A DNA stretch of 63,946 nt, the filler included, from Octopus bimaculoides (taxonomy: Eukaryota), in assembly GCF_001194135.2 (NCBI RefSeq). It is 7 parts of 6 records of this genome, joined end to end, with 100 filler letters (N's around TTAATTAATTAA, not from the genome) between each part and the next. Parts side by side here need not be neighbours in the genome. Positions count along the whole stretch, not along the records: positions 12,217 to 21,256 come from NC_069000.1; positions 21,357 to 27,106 come from NC_068986.1; 5 more parts are not named here. One strand, given 5' to 3'. Below the pieces are notes generated by a model. It was not told the origin of the DNA, made no database searches, and saw nothing but the letters and a program-made list of their open reading frames with translations. The translations under genes were made by a program, and so were the position numbers. Below, piece after piece: positions 13,530 to 26,751 of this stretch. Each line of letters begins with the position of its first letter. Positions within the stretch are counted from its first letter, which is position 1.

Positions 13530-14230
13530 TATATATGTATTTATCTAATGTGTCGTGGTGTGTGTATTTGTGCAGTGTGTGTGTGTGTGTGTGTGTTCAT
13601 GTAATATAAATCTTATAGAAACTAGACAAAGGTATTCATAATAGAAGTAAATCAATCGTGTGCCAATATGAGGTGGGCGGGTAGCGTTCCTTTCTAGGGT
13701 GGCAGAAACGTAGGATAGGAGATACTGGGGGCACAACCATTGTCTCAGGCACACATGCACCTCACCGTCGTGCACGTGGGGCGCACGCACACGTATGCTT
13801 ACAATTTAGGAGAATCTAGTGTTTGATTTACCACCAGTAGAGACATAGTGTGTGTGCGAGAGAGAGAGAGAGAGAGAATGAATTAGTGAGAGAGAGTGAG
13901 AGAGAATGAATTAGTGAGAGAGAGTGAGAGAGTGAATGAATTAGTGTGTGTGTGTGTGTGTGTGTGAGTGAGAGAGAGAGTATGTATGCGCGCGTGTGTG
14001 TGTGTGTGTGACAGAGAGAGAGAATGAATTAGTGTGTGAGAGAGAGTGAGTGTATGTGTGTATGCGTGCGTATGCAAATGAATTGAAGCACTCAATACAT
14101 TGGGAACAGTTTATATATAGGTGCGAGTGTGAATATTGTAATTTGCTGCCCAGCAAACCTGATACAGTTGACCATATATGTAGTGCAGATGTCCCGACGC
14201 ATCTACGTAGCGATATAAAGGGGAGATCGC

Positions 14231-14407
14231 CCCAAACCCTAACTCCAAAACTAACCCTAACCACTAACCCTTACTCTAAAATTAACCCTAATCCTAAAAA
14301 CTAACACTAAACTAACCCTAACATCTAACCCTAAAACTAGCCATAACCCTAAAAACTAACCCTAAAACTAGCCCTAATCCTAAAACTAACCCTAACCCTA
14401 ACACTAA
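14231..14407. repeat. Degenerate CCCTAA (telomere-like) array
   Basis: Repeated ctaaccctaa / ccctaaaact variants. Confidence 0.75.
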
Positions 14408-14682
14408 CGAGTGTGCACTGTTCGGGACCTTTGTATTTGAGTAGTGCCCACCTTGTACTTGTAAACTGTCAATAAAGATAAATTTCAAGTGATTTATTAA
14501 CTTGCAGAACTGAGTTGAAGTCTTAATTGTAGTAAGACAGAGATAAAGACAGGTTTTAACAAGTTAACTCAAGTGGGCTAAATTGAAGTCTTCGTTGGTG
14601 ATCGAAGGAAGACAAAGGATTATGAGAATTATTGTCATCAAAGAATCATCGCAATCTGTGACCAATAACATTACTGATGCTT

Positions 14683-15010
14683 AAGGCGACAAGCTGACAG
14701 AATCGTTAGCACAAAAACGCCGGATAAAAATGCTTAGTGACATTTCGTCCGTCTTTACGTTCCTACTAATAATTCTGCCGAGGCTGATTTTTGCATTTCG
14801 GCCTTTCGGGGTTCGATAAAATAAGTAGCAATTGAGCACTAGGGTCGATGTAATCGACAACCCACTTTCCTTAAATTGCTGGTTTTGTGCCAGAATTTGA
14901 AACAATTCTTATTATTTGATAAAATAAGTAGCAGCAGAGTACAGGGGTCGATGTAATCGATTATCTCCCACCCCAAATGTCAGGCCTTATGCCTACAGTA
15001 GAAAGGATTA
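14683..15010 (+). mobile_element. SINE family B with duplicated 3' module
   Basis: The head is followed by two successive gataaaataagtagca..gggtcgatgtaatcga modules with different tails. Confidence 0.75.
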
Positions 15011-16652
15011 TTATCATTATTATTATCATTGAGTGAGAGAGCAGTGCATGCCATCAAAATGACACTGAGGTAAAATATACGAAGTCCAATATACCCATCA
15101 CGACTACCCGTCTGATAAGGGTACACTAGGCACATGCACCACAACCATACGTGCGTGATATGGTGATCTCATATCAAGATAAACAGCGCATGACCTTGCA
15201 AGTGGGGGCCTAGTTAAAATTTTCTTCAGGTTGAGTAGCCCATCCAGCTCAAAAGGACCCTAAAAAGGACCCTGAATATGATAAATGAGTACGAAGATGT
15301 GTATGTGTGTCAGTGATATTCAACTGAAGACGAAAGTAAACAGTAACCGTTCAGGAAAAGCTGGAAGCTAAAAATAAAAATAAAGAGGATAACAACACAG
15401 GGCATCCGGCGTGTGTGTGTCTGTGTGTGTGAGCGGAGTTTGGCTAAAAATAATATATCGTACATATAGCTAGTGAGAGAGAGAGAGAGAAGAAGAAGAA
15501 GAAGGAGAAGAAAAAGAAAAAGAAAAGAGAACGACTAAAAGGGAGACAGTAAGACAGAAAGAGAGAGAAAGGGTAAAAGGATAGAGAAAGGAAGAGAAAG
15601 AGAAAAAAGAGAGAAAGAGAAGTGTGAGAGAGACATAGAGAGAGAGAGAGAGAGAGATCTTGAAGCTTTTCACTGTGGAGTGTTGTTGTTGTTTAATGTT
15701 TTCGTATGTCGTCAGATAGTTGCAGCCAACATCTGACACTCAATACTTGAAGTTCTACTCAATGTTGAGTAGCCTACTCTAAAGTTTAAAGTCTCAAACC
15801 CTTTACACTCAGAGACATCTGAGCGGCTGACGACAGAAGCCAAGAGAGAAAAGCTAAATTTGTCTACTTGAATAATTACGGAATAAAAGCGTTTCACTGC
15901 AGACTACTTAGTCCGAACTAAGAGGTGTCAAGACGGACATTTGAGGAAAACGGACTCACCGACCCCCCCTCTCTCTCTCACTCTCTTTCTATCGCCCCCC
16001 CCCCACTTTCTGTTTTTCTCTCTCCTTAATACGGATACACCTTGCGGTCATAATATCCGTTCTCCTAATGACAGGGAAGAAAAGACAGATTACTTAAAGA
16101 CAGTGACACACACTTACACACAAAGAAAACATCTCTCTCTTTCTCTTTCACACACATACACTTACATACATACAGTTATACAGCGGAGAAGAGGAAAAAG
16201 AAGACAGTTTACGCGAAGTCAGTGACACACTCACACACACAACAAAAGGAAGACAGCTTGGAAAACATCCACCAAGACAGGCAGGCAAACACGCAAACAC
16301 ACATACACACACACGGTGTGACGACAGATGGACAAGTCAAGCAGGAGCGGTTGTTCTGGAGACACATTCCTTGTAACATTTTTGTGGAATGACGGAAAGA
16401 GAGAGAGAGGGGGGGAGAGAGAGAGAAAAGAGAGGAGTTGTGGTGGGAAAATGCTTTAGGGATCATAGAGCGAGAAGAAAAGAGGGAGACAAAGAGAAAG
16501 AAGGAAAAGGGAAGAAAAGAAAGAGAAAACAGTATTTTTAAAAACTTAAGTACACGGTCACAGATTCCTTGAAAAGATCGGATCGATGGAATTTGAACTA
16601 GAACTCCAGGACTTCCCCACAAGTGGCTGGCCATCAACTAGAATTACAGCAC

Positions 16653-16742
16653 ATATAAGGCTTTTAGCCATATAAGGCTTTTAGCCATATAAGGCTTTTA
16701 GCCATATAAGGCTTTTAGCCATATAAGGCTTTTAGCCATATA
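16653..16742. repeat. Perfect 17-bp minisatellite, 5.3 copies
   Basis: (ATATAAGGCTTTTAGCC)5 followed by ATATA. Confidence 0.95.
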
Positions 16743-16968
16743 CCAACAGAGAAAAGAGGGGCGATGAAAAGAAACAAACGTTGGATGAACACCATTGGGG
16801 TGACAATGTCACAGTTCAGCTCCTCCGTCTGCAATCCGTCCAGACACCTGACCAATCGCACGCTGCCGTCCGCCACCCCACCCCCATATTCTGCGTGTAT
16901 TATTTAACCTGTTTTAGTTTATTTTATTCTGTCTGATGAGCAAGCGAAACGTGGAGGAGACTCTGGAG

Positions 16969-17544
16969 CAGTGGTTCTCAGCCGGGGTCCATATAGCCTC
17001 CTGAGAGTTCATATAAGATCTTTGGGGATCCACGTAACATAACAATAAACTGGGGATCCACAATAGTATTTTAAGGGCCCCTGAAAAAATTTTGCTTTAG
17101 ATGTATGTATTAGTAGTTATTGCAAGAAAGGGGTAGGCTTCTTTCTCTAACATTTTACATAGTTCAACCTACACAAGTTAAGGTGTGAAAAAATAAAATA
17201 GGAATTTTGAAAGAAATTTCTATAAAACTTGTTTTTAAACATTGGATGGCGATGAGGTCCACCAGTATAAAATATTAATCAAGACGATCCATAGATAAAT
17301 GATTGAGAAACCCTGCTTTAGATGTATGTATTAGTTATGTATTGCAAGAAACAGCTGGGTTTCTTTCTCTAACACTTTACATAGTTCAACCTACACAAGT
17401 TAATGGGTGAAAAACAAAATAGGAGTTTTTAAAGGAGTTTCTATAAAACTTGTTTTTAAACATCGAATGACTATGGGGGTTTCACCAGAATAAATCAGTA
17501 ATCAAAGGGGTGCATAGATTTTAAAAAATGGCTCAGAGCAACTG
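16969..17544. mobile_element. hAT MITE with internal right-half duplication
   Basis: Exact 8-bp TSD CTCTGGAG (16961-16968 and 17545-17552). Left TIR CAGTGGTTCTCAGCC with an imperfect right TIR. An extra internal right TIR (ttgagaaaccctg) ends at 17315. Confidence 0.85.
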
Positions 17545-18820
17545 CTCTGGAGATACAGACAACTGGATAAGCAGAAATGAATTTTTATAATCTATCAAAA
17601 TTTATGGAGAACATTTTTCTCCCGTTAACACACGATGAGACACACAGACACACACACAATATATATTTCACAGTATCGACCGGACTATCGGATATTGTGA
17701 TACACTTCTGATCACTATGCACTTCTAATTCTGTCTTGATTGCGTTTTTTTTTTTTCCTCATCGTCATGGAGGCCTCCTGAAGTCTTTCCCGATTTCTTG
17801 GATACCAACCCGCAACAGCACTGGTGAACCTTGCAATATGTCTAGCCCAGCGGAACTTAAGCTGCTAGGATGTAATTTGTTGGAAATTTGACTGCTATTT
17901 CTAGGAATATCAAGCCACCACGTAGAGGTGTTAAAATATTTGTTTTACCATCTCTACGTGTTAAATGTAGAATGTCTATTTGCTTGGATAAACCAGCCAG
18001 CCGCTCTACCAGCTAGTGACGGCTAATAAAAGCCATCCCATTCATGTAACGGACACGCGACGGACGTCGGAAAAAACATTAATTCTGCTCAATATCATCG
18101 TATAAAAAGCTTATATATAAACAGTTACAGTGTTTACCAGCGTATAAGATGCGCTCTGTTTTTTAAATGTATCAAAAAAAATGCGGCCGTATAACGGATG
18201 AGAGACAGAGTTTTGTAGGCTAGTGATTTGGATGAGCAGAAATCCGTTGAACACAATAGTTGTTACTAATAATAAAATGTTGAAAACTGACCAAAATAAC
18301 ATGGTCTTTTAGCACAGACTTAAAAGAAACAGCTTACAGTACGCCGACAGTTATGTGGTGAAGTCACATTATCTCATTACACTTCCTTCCTCAGCATACC
18401 TGATGTGCGTCTTACATTATTTAGTGACCGTGTTATTTTTAAGAAACATTTTTTTTTATTTTCTAAATAAAAAATTCTTCAAGAAAGATGAAAGGTATGT
18501 TAAACATTCAACACCTGTTAGCGATTTGAAACAGGTGGATGACGACAAAATCATAGCAGTGGCGCAGCACCTTGATGTAATAACATCATAGCCAAAAGTA
18601 CGAGTTATACCTCCAGTATGGCAATTCTCTTGAGCAAATATAAACAATCATTCGGTTGATTCTGGAAGAAGGTGAGATATGGTATTCGTGTAACATTAGC
18701 TTATGTTGAATTTATAGTTCCATGCTTGGTTTCATTATATTGTCGCAGAGGCATCTATTTACCTTTGTACGATAGTGCGTGTTGTACGAGGATGGGCAAA
18801 TACGGTACCAAAGTCTAATA

Positions 18821-18872
<52 letters not shown>

Positions 18873-18874
<2 letters not shown>

Positions 18875-18920
18875 CGCAGGTGTGGCTGTGTGGTACGAAG
18901 CTTGCATCCCTACCACATGG
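18873..18920 (+). mobile_element. SINE family A head, truncated by gap
   Basis: ggcgcaggtgtggctgtgtggtacgaagcttgc followed by Ns. Confidence 0.7.
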
Positions 18921-19570
18921 NNNNNNNNNNNNNNNNNNNNNNNNNNNNNNNNNNNNNNNNNNNNNNNNNNNNNNNNNNNNNNNNNNNNNNNNNNNNNNNN
19001 NNNNNNNNNNNNNNNNNNNNNNNNNNNNNNNNNNNNNNNNNNNNNNNNNNNNNNNNNNNNNNNNNNNNNNNNNNNNNNNNNNNNNNNNNNNNNNNNNNNN
19101 NNNNNNNNNNNNNNNNNNNNNNNNNNNNNNNNNNNNNNNNNNNNNNNNNNNNNNNNNNNNNNNNNNNNNNNNNNNNNNNNNNNNNNNNNNNNNNNNNNNN
19201 NNNNNNNNNNNNNNNNNNNNNNNNNNNNNNNNNNNNNNNNNNNNNNNNNNNNNNNNNNNNNNNNNNNNNNNNNNNNNNNNNNNNNNNNNNNNNNNNNNNN
19301 NNNNNNNNNNNNNNNNNNNNNNNNNNNNNNNNNNNNNNNNNNNNNNNNNNNNNNNNNNNNNNNNNNNNNNNNNNNNNNNNNNNNNNNNNNNNNNNNNNNN
19401 NNNNNNNNNNNNNNNNNNNNNNNNNNNNNNNNNNNNNNNNNNNNNNNNNNNNNNNNNNNNNNNNNNNNNNNNNNNNNNNNNNNNNNNNNNNNNNNNNNNN
19501 NNNNNNNNNNNNNNNNNNNNNNNNNNNNNNNNNNNNNNNNNNNNNNNNNNNNNNNNNNNNNNNTCTGTGA

Positions 19571-19778
19571 CTCTTCAGTATTTAAACCGACCATATCAGG
19601 CTGAAATATTCAACCGGTTTTCCAGATCTGTTCTCTTACACCTATCCTAAAATGTCATTTATAAGAATAAACAATCACATCATTGAAATGTCAAATCTAT
19701 GAGAGAATGCGTGATTAATTCAAAATAATGTGAATAAACAAGGCTTACATTTGACAACGAATTCTGAATGCTAGAAGG
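19571..19778. mobile_element. piggyBac-type MITE (same family as 38651-39191)
   Basis: Shares ttaaac(c/t)g(a/g)ccata, gattaattcaaa and tctgaatgcta..gg|TTAA. The left end is degraded. Confidence 0.65.
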
Positions 19779-19959
19779 TTAAATGAATATATGCACTCAC
19801 TTTGGCTCCGTGCATCTACAAAAACAAATGTTAAAACGAATGAAGCACATGCGCGCACACACACACACTAAAGACACGTTCACATAGACCTTAAGTGGAG
19901 GTGCGTACACCTACGTGCATACTCATACATACACACTCGTACATACGCACGCACACTCG

Positions 19960-20067
19960 TACGCGCACAGATACACTCGTACGCGCACAGATACACTCGC
20001 ACGCGCACAGATACACTCGCACGCGCACAGATACACGCGCACGCGCACAGATACACGCGCACGCGCA
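19960..20067. repeat. 20-bp tandem repeat, about 5 copies
   Basis: cgcgcacagatacac(t/g)cg(c/t)a units. Confidence 0.8.
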
Positions 20068-20077
20068 NNNNNNNNNN

Positions 20078-20117
<40 letters not shown>

Positions 20118-21365
20118 AGCCAGAAAGGAGAAAACTGATTCGAAGGCTATAGATCCAAGCCATCACTGGAACTGTAAAAATCTGTAAAGCTTTTCCAGAA
20201 GTTTATAATTTAAGTTTATATAATCATGTCTAGATATACAACTATATGCATGAGAAGACATACGTTAAAGAAAGCATAAATTTGCACACATGCATACGTA
20301 CTTACGTACATATGTACATGCAAAAATACTGTTGATGTTGAAATTCCAATGAAGGGGCCTTGGAACTAGGTTAGAAACCAGCTCTTTCTTTATTGGCAAG
20401 ATATCTTGAAATAAAACTGAATAATAACATACATACATACATACATACATACATGATGATTGCCACTTCTTTACGGAAGAAGGCCATCTCTTCAATTAAT
20501 ATATACTGTCATGAGATTTTATATGACTAGCAAGTCCAGACCGCCCCCCCCCAAAAAAAAAACTCTACTGCAGACCTTACAAATATTTTAAAGCAGAAAC
20601 GTGTCTGGGATTGTAGTTAAGTCCTGTCTACGAAGTTTTCGTTTCAAAAGAGATTGTTCAATTCTTCGAACTTCAAATGCTTTACGTCAATTGTAGATCA
20701 TTTGTTTCCAAACCGATCGATCTTGCGTCATCTGCTTCCAGTCTTCAACTTTCACATTAAAGAGCCTTAACATACATACATATATACATACATACATACA
20801 CACACACAAAATACCCTGTTGATGCTGGTGAAATTCCAATGAAGGAGCCTTGGATCTAGGGTAGAAACCGGCTCTTTCTCTATTGGCAAGAAATCCTGAA
20901 CATACATACATAACAAATATTACATACATTTCGTGTATACGGACTTTCCTACTAATAAATCTTGTTTGTTGTTCCCACATTTTTCCTTTTTTGTACAATT
21001 TTGATCCATCCATCCGTCCGTCCAATTAACTCCCCAGCAACAGGATTATTAAAGACAATTACATTCCGACACTCCGAACTAGAAAGGTTTTGTCCATACC
21101 AAAGCTAGGTCTCAACCAGCCGAAGCCATCCATTCATTTAAGCTAAACTACTTTCACCCAAGAGCTAACATTCCTTCAGCCACACATCTTAAAACAGACA
21201 CAGTTTTAAGCTGCATCATCAGCAAAACTTTACATTAAAATAATACTGCTTCCCTCNNNNNNNNNNNNNNNNNNNNNNNNNNNNNNNNNNNNNNNNNNNN
21301 TTAATTAATTAANNNNNNNNNNNNNNNNNNNNNNNNNNNNNNNNNNNNNNNNNNNNATATATACA

Positions 21366-21401
<36 letters not shown>

Positions 21402-22233
21402 TGTATGTATGTATGTATTGTTATCCAAGATGGAGACGGGTACCAACGTGCTTTGTAACATTCTATGTCACGCCGAACCTCCCTGAAAACAAAGCAAACG
21501 TTACGCTCAGAACCGGCAAGTTAATTTCGCCAGTAGGCTGTTCCGTTGGTCGGATCAATTCGAACGCACGTTGTCGTAACTGACGCAGGGTCAAGTCTTT
21601 ACCCATAAGTTTGCAGTGTTTTGTTTCAGTAACAAGATCCTACTTCGAACACTTTTCTTTCTATTTGTTCCAAACGACAAAGCACAAAGAAACAATCCAA
21701 GTGCGTGGTGGCAATCGTTCTGAACGAAACAATTTCAATATCAACAGACAAATACTGTAGATTATATAAACACTCCTTAGCTAACTCGAACTTTCTGTTC
21801 ACTTAAATAGATACAAGGGTCATTAGTAATATGATGTGGCTTCTAGACACTTCCTAATCGATTAGTTAATAAGACTACTAATCACAAGGATTTATGAGTA
21901 AATAGTCGTTTGGGTGTAGATTAAAAGTATTGTTAATATACTCACGTCTGCAAATATTTACCACCAGCCTATAATAGTATTTGTCTTTGCTATTGTGTCA
22001 ACGAATATAAGTATATATCTTTATACACACACACGCACACACATACGCACACGCACACACACACACATATACATACATACGTACATATATGCATATGCTC
22101 ATGCACACATATGCATACATACTCAGACACAGATATATATATATATATTTACATGCATCTGTGTTTTGTAAAGTAGACGTTAGAGTATTGCGTTACGTTA
22201 TGTGTAATGTATAACAGACTACAACTACTACTG

Positions 22234-22273
<40 letters not shown>

Positions 22274-22355
22274 CACTACTGCTACCACCACCACCACCAC
22301 CACTACTATTACTACTACTACTACGACTACTACTACTAAAACAGCAAATAATAAT

Positions 22356-22400
<45 letters not shown>

Positions 22401-22596
22401 CATAAGAAGAAGAAGAAGAAGAAGAAGAAAACGATGTAAAAAGATACATACATAACATAAATACCAGGATTTTAAAAATGCTCTAAGGTCGAATCATTCG
22501 ATTGAATTTCTTCAAGGCGGTGCCCCAGCATGGCCGCCGTCTCGTGATTGAAACAAGTGAAAAATAAAAAGTAAAAGATAAAAGATTTTATTTTAA

Positions 22597-22972
22597 CTCT
22601 TTTATTTTTTTCAGTCATTTGACTGCGGCCATGCTGGAGCACCGCCTTTGGTTGAACCAATCGACGCCAGGACTTATTCTTTGTAAGCCTAGTACTTATC
22701 CTATCGTTCTATTTTGCCGAACCGCTATTTTACGGGGACGTAAACACACCAGCATCGGTTGTAATGCGATAGTGGGAGGACAAACACAAACACATATATA
22801 GACACATACGACGGGCTTCTTTCAGTTTCCGTCAACCAAATCCACTCACAAGGCTTTGGTCGGCCCGAGGCTATAGTACAAGACACTTGCCCAAGATGCC
22901 ATGCAGTGGGACTGAACCAGGGAACCATGTGGCTGGTAAGCCATCCACTTACCACACAGCCACTCCTGCACC
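22597..22972 (-). mobile_element. SINE family A (tail-to-tail with a + tail fragment at 22484-22570)
   Basis: Near-complete reverse copy. Confidence 0.85.
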
Positions 22973-23324
22973 TATTTATTTATTTATTTATTTATTTATT
23001 TATCTTTTAACGGTGACCGTTCCGAAGGTTCACCGATTTGTTGGCATCTGAAAAGAATCATGCATTGTGACTTTAGCTATTTTGAGAAATTGCATGTCTT
23101 GTGAGTGCTTAAGTATATACACACCTGTAAAACAAATAATCATAGATTAAAGAAACATTTGCAGGTACAAATATCCACAGACACAAACAGCAGAGAAAGA
23201 GTCAGACAGAGGAAACGAGAGGAAAAGTAAGAATGAGAGAGAAAGGTTTTTCTAAGTATACATAGGAATAATGAGTCTGTAATTTGAAGTCATTATGCTT
23301 GTTGATCAGTATTTAGTATATATT

Positions 23325-23579
23325 AAGGTGGCGAGCTGGCAGAAAAGTTAGCACGCCGGGCGAAATGCTTAGCGGTATTTCGTCTGCCTTTATGTTCTGT
23401 GTTCAAATTCCGCTGAGGCCGACTTGGCCTTTCATCCTTTCGGGGTCGATAAATTAAGTACCAATTACGCACTGGGGTCGATGCAATTGACTTAATCCCT
23501 TTGTCTGTCCTTGTTTGTCCCCTCTATGTTTAGCCCCTTATGGTCAATAAAAAAAATAAGAAAAGTTAGCACGCCGGGC
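23325..23579 (+). mobile_element. tRNA-derived SINE family B
   Basis: aaggtggcgagctggcaga..gttcaaattcc (B-box-like)..cctttcggggtcgataaattaagtacc. Homologues at 14683, 37790 (-), 5690 (-), 9590 (-) and 30110 (-). Confidence 0.85.
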
Positions 23580-26483
23580 TACATTAGGTTTCTTCTTCTT
23601 GGTTTAGAGAAGCCTAATTTCTCAAGATTGGTATTTAGGCAGTGTGTTACATATCCCAAGGCCCCAATAATTACAGGTATAAACCTGGACTTGTAATCCT
23701 GAAATGTATGTATGTATATATGTAGGTAGGTAGGTAGGTTTCTATCTATCTAACTATGCATGCATAAATTATGAATGCATGCATGTAGGCATGTATGTAT
23801 GTATATATAAATAATACAAAATGGGACAAGAACGCAAAACATCCAGACAGTTAGGTAATACAAGAAAGGGACAACAAAACATCTAGATAAATGATACAAA
23901 GAAAACAAGGACAGGTCATTCGGAGTTTTCTTTCCTCAGTCGAGATCTAGATTATCTTTGCAATTTCGGCTGGTTATTCTCGATATTGCTCCAATCTGGC
24001 CAGCCCCAGATTCGTTGGAAGAAAGCAGCGAATCTATACAAAAACAAGGACAGAAAAAAAACGAACAATGTTACACAAATACTATAAAAATAATAATAGG
24101 ACATAACAACCGGCGTCCTTCGACTAAGTACGAATAAAATTAAGCTGGCGTATATGGAAATAAGGCCTTACAGCAGGGATACAAGATTTTACAAGCACAG
24201 GGAGGAATAACGATGCTGCACGCACAGCGGCCGGCCAAGAAAGAAAGATCAGGCTTGGCCGAACGCCAGTCACGTGGGAAGAGAAGAAAGAGAGAGAGGT
24301 AGAGAGACAAAAGAATTAAGGAGGGGCGAGAAAAAATGACAGGGACACAGTGAAGTGAAAAGTGGAGGGAAAGTGAGCAAAAAGAGAAGGCAAGGAAATG
24401 TGAGCGAGGGGGAACGAAAGAACGAAGAGTGGAATGAATGAATAAGGTGGAAGGGGCTGGTATATATATGTATGTATGTATGTATGTTCTCTTTAATTGT
24501 TTAACATCTTCCTGTAAGGACGGAACTGGTTTAAACTCTCTGGTAGACTGTATTTGTAAGATGNNNNNNNNNNNNNNNNNNNNNNNNNNNNNNNNNNNNN
24601 NNNNNNNNNNNNNNNNNNNNNNNNNNNNNNNNNNNNNNNNNNNNNNNNNNNNNNNNNNNNNNNNNNNNNNNNNNNNNNNNNNNNNNNNNNNNNNNNNNNN
24701 NNNNNNNNNNNNNNNNNNNNNNNNNNNNNNNNNNNNNNNNNNNNNNNNNNNNNNNNNNNNNNNNNNNNNNNNNNNNNNNNNNNNNNNNNNNNNNNNNNNN
24801 NNNNNNNNNNNNNNNNNNNNNNNNNNNNNNNNNNNNNNNNNNNNNNNNNNNNNNNNNNNNNNNNNNNNNNNNNNNNNNNNNNNNNNNNNNNNNNNNNNNN
24901 NNNNNNNNNNNNNNNNNNNNNNNNNNNNNNNNNNNNNNNNNNNNNNNTGACAAACTTAGAGATATAGATTTTCAGATCACACACACACACAAAGCCATAT
25001 GCATGTAGGTATGTATGTGTATTGGTATGTATTGATAGCTATGTGTCCAGGTATATAGTTACCAATGTATGTATGTATGGGGGTACGTATGTATGAATGT
25101 ATGCATGTATGTATGTATATGTGTATGTATGTATGTATTATACATATGAGTGCATGTATGTATGTATATATGTACTGAGAAAGTGAGGAATTGAGCAATC
25201 AATCGAACTTATTCACGTCTGATATTTGTGTGCCTGTATGTATTCATGTATATATATATATATATATATNNNNNNNNNNNNNNNNNNNNNNNNNNNNNNN
25301 NNNNNNNNNNNNNNNNNNNNNNNNNNNNNNNNNNNNNNNNNNNNNNNNNNNNNNNNNNNNNNNNNNNNNNNNNNNNNNNNNNNNNNNNNNNNNNNNNNNN
25401 NNNNNNNNNNNNNNNNNNNNNNNNNNNNNNNNNNNNNNNNNNNNNNNNNNNNNNNNNNNNNNNNNNNNNNNNNNNNNNNNNNNNNNNNNNNNNNNNNNNN
25501 NNNNNNNNNNNNNNNNNNNNNNNNNNNNNNNNNNNNNNNNNNNNNNNNNNNNNNNNNNNNNNNNNNNNNNNNNNNNNNNNNNNNNNNNNNNNNNNNNNNN
25601 NNNNNNNNNNNNNNNNNNNNNNNNNNNNNNNNNNNNNNNNNNNNNNNNNNNNNNNNNNNNNNNNNNNNNNNNNNNNNNNNNNNNNNNNNNNNNNNNNNNN
25701 NNNNNNNNNNNNNNNNNNNNNNNNNNNNNNNNNNNNNNNNNNNNNNNNNNNNNNNNNNNNNNNNNNNNNNNNNNNNNNNNNNNNNNNNNNNNNNNNNNNN
25801 NNNNNNNNNNNNNNNNNNNNNNNNNATAAACAATATATGAGTATATGTACATATATGTACATGTATGTATATACCTTCATCCACATGTACATATAGATAC
25901 ATAACTGGGTACATGACGTGGCAAAAGAACATGGACAAAATGGTAAACAAGGTGCAACAAACAAGCAGGCCACATAGAAACATCCCCTTCATCAACTGCC
26001 ACCATTAAAACCCCGGCATTTCGAAGAATTAAGGCAGTACGCATCGCTAAAATGGCTCTTCCCACGAACACAAATTAGATTGTTTTCGTGGAGGGTAGTG
26101 GCGGACGGAAAACAAGACAGGAAAACGAAACGGTGAAATAAACGAACAAAAAGGCTGTATAGCCAGACGTGAAGTGTGTATGTATTGAACGCTGTGAGGC
26201 ACGAACTGGGGGAGCAAAGAAGTACGTGCGAGCTTGAGGAGTACAAGAACAAAAATGAGCAACGAGAAGTAGAGAGGGAGGGAGATAGTAGTAGTAACAG
26301 TGAGAGGGGAAGGACGAGCGGCGAGAGATAGATAGATAGAGAGAGAGAGATAGTAGTGACAGGGAGAGGCAAAGAACAGTAGANNNNNNNNNNNNNNNNN
26401 NNNNNNNNNNNNNNNNNNNNNNNNNNNNNNNNNNNNNNNNNNNNNNNNNNNNNNNNNNNNNNNNNNNNNNNNNNNNNNNNNNN

Positions 26484-26521
<38 letters not shown>

Positions 26522-26618
26522 CTTTATGTACTCGTGTATGTGTGTATATATATCCTGATGTATATGTGTTTGTATATATGTCAGCATCCGTATATGTATG
26601 TATGTGTGCATGTATGTA

Positions 26619-26665
<47 letters not shown>

Positions 26666-26751
26666 GTGTGTGTGTATGTATGTATGTGTGTGTGTGTATG
26701 TACGTATAGTGCGGATAAGATTTAAATCCGCCTGATAGCGAGGAGTAAAAC

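Noticed and set aside
16653-16742. CRISPR-like direct repeats
   Set aside because: No spacers, no cas genes, and a eukaryotic context.
16930-16952. CTGATGA-gcaagc-GAAACGTG hammerhead-like string
   Set aside because: The triplet would be GUG and no adjacent stem I partner exists; at best a decayed remnant.
20345-20900. Two copies of a roughly 80-bp repeat with ATGAAGG..hairpin..GAAACC(A/G)GCT
   Set aside because: A real repeat, but it lacks CUGANGA, the A15.1-U16.1 pair and an adjacent stem I, so it is not called a ribozyme.
23940-24015. GGCTGG/CCAGCC hairpin followed by GAAATTGCAA (minus)
   Set aside because: No CUGANGA and no UH cleavage site.
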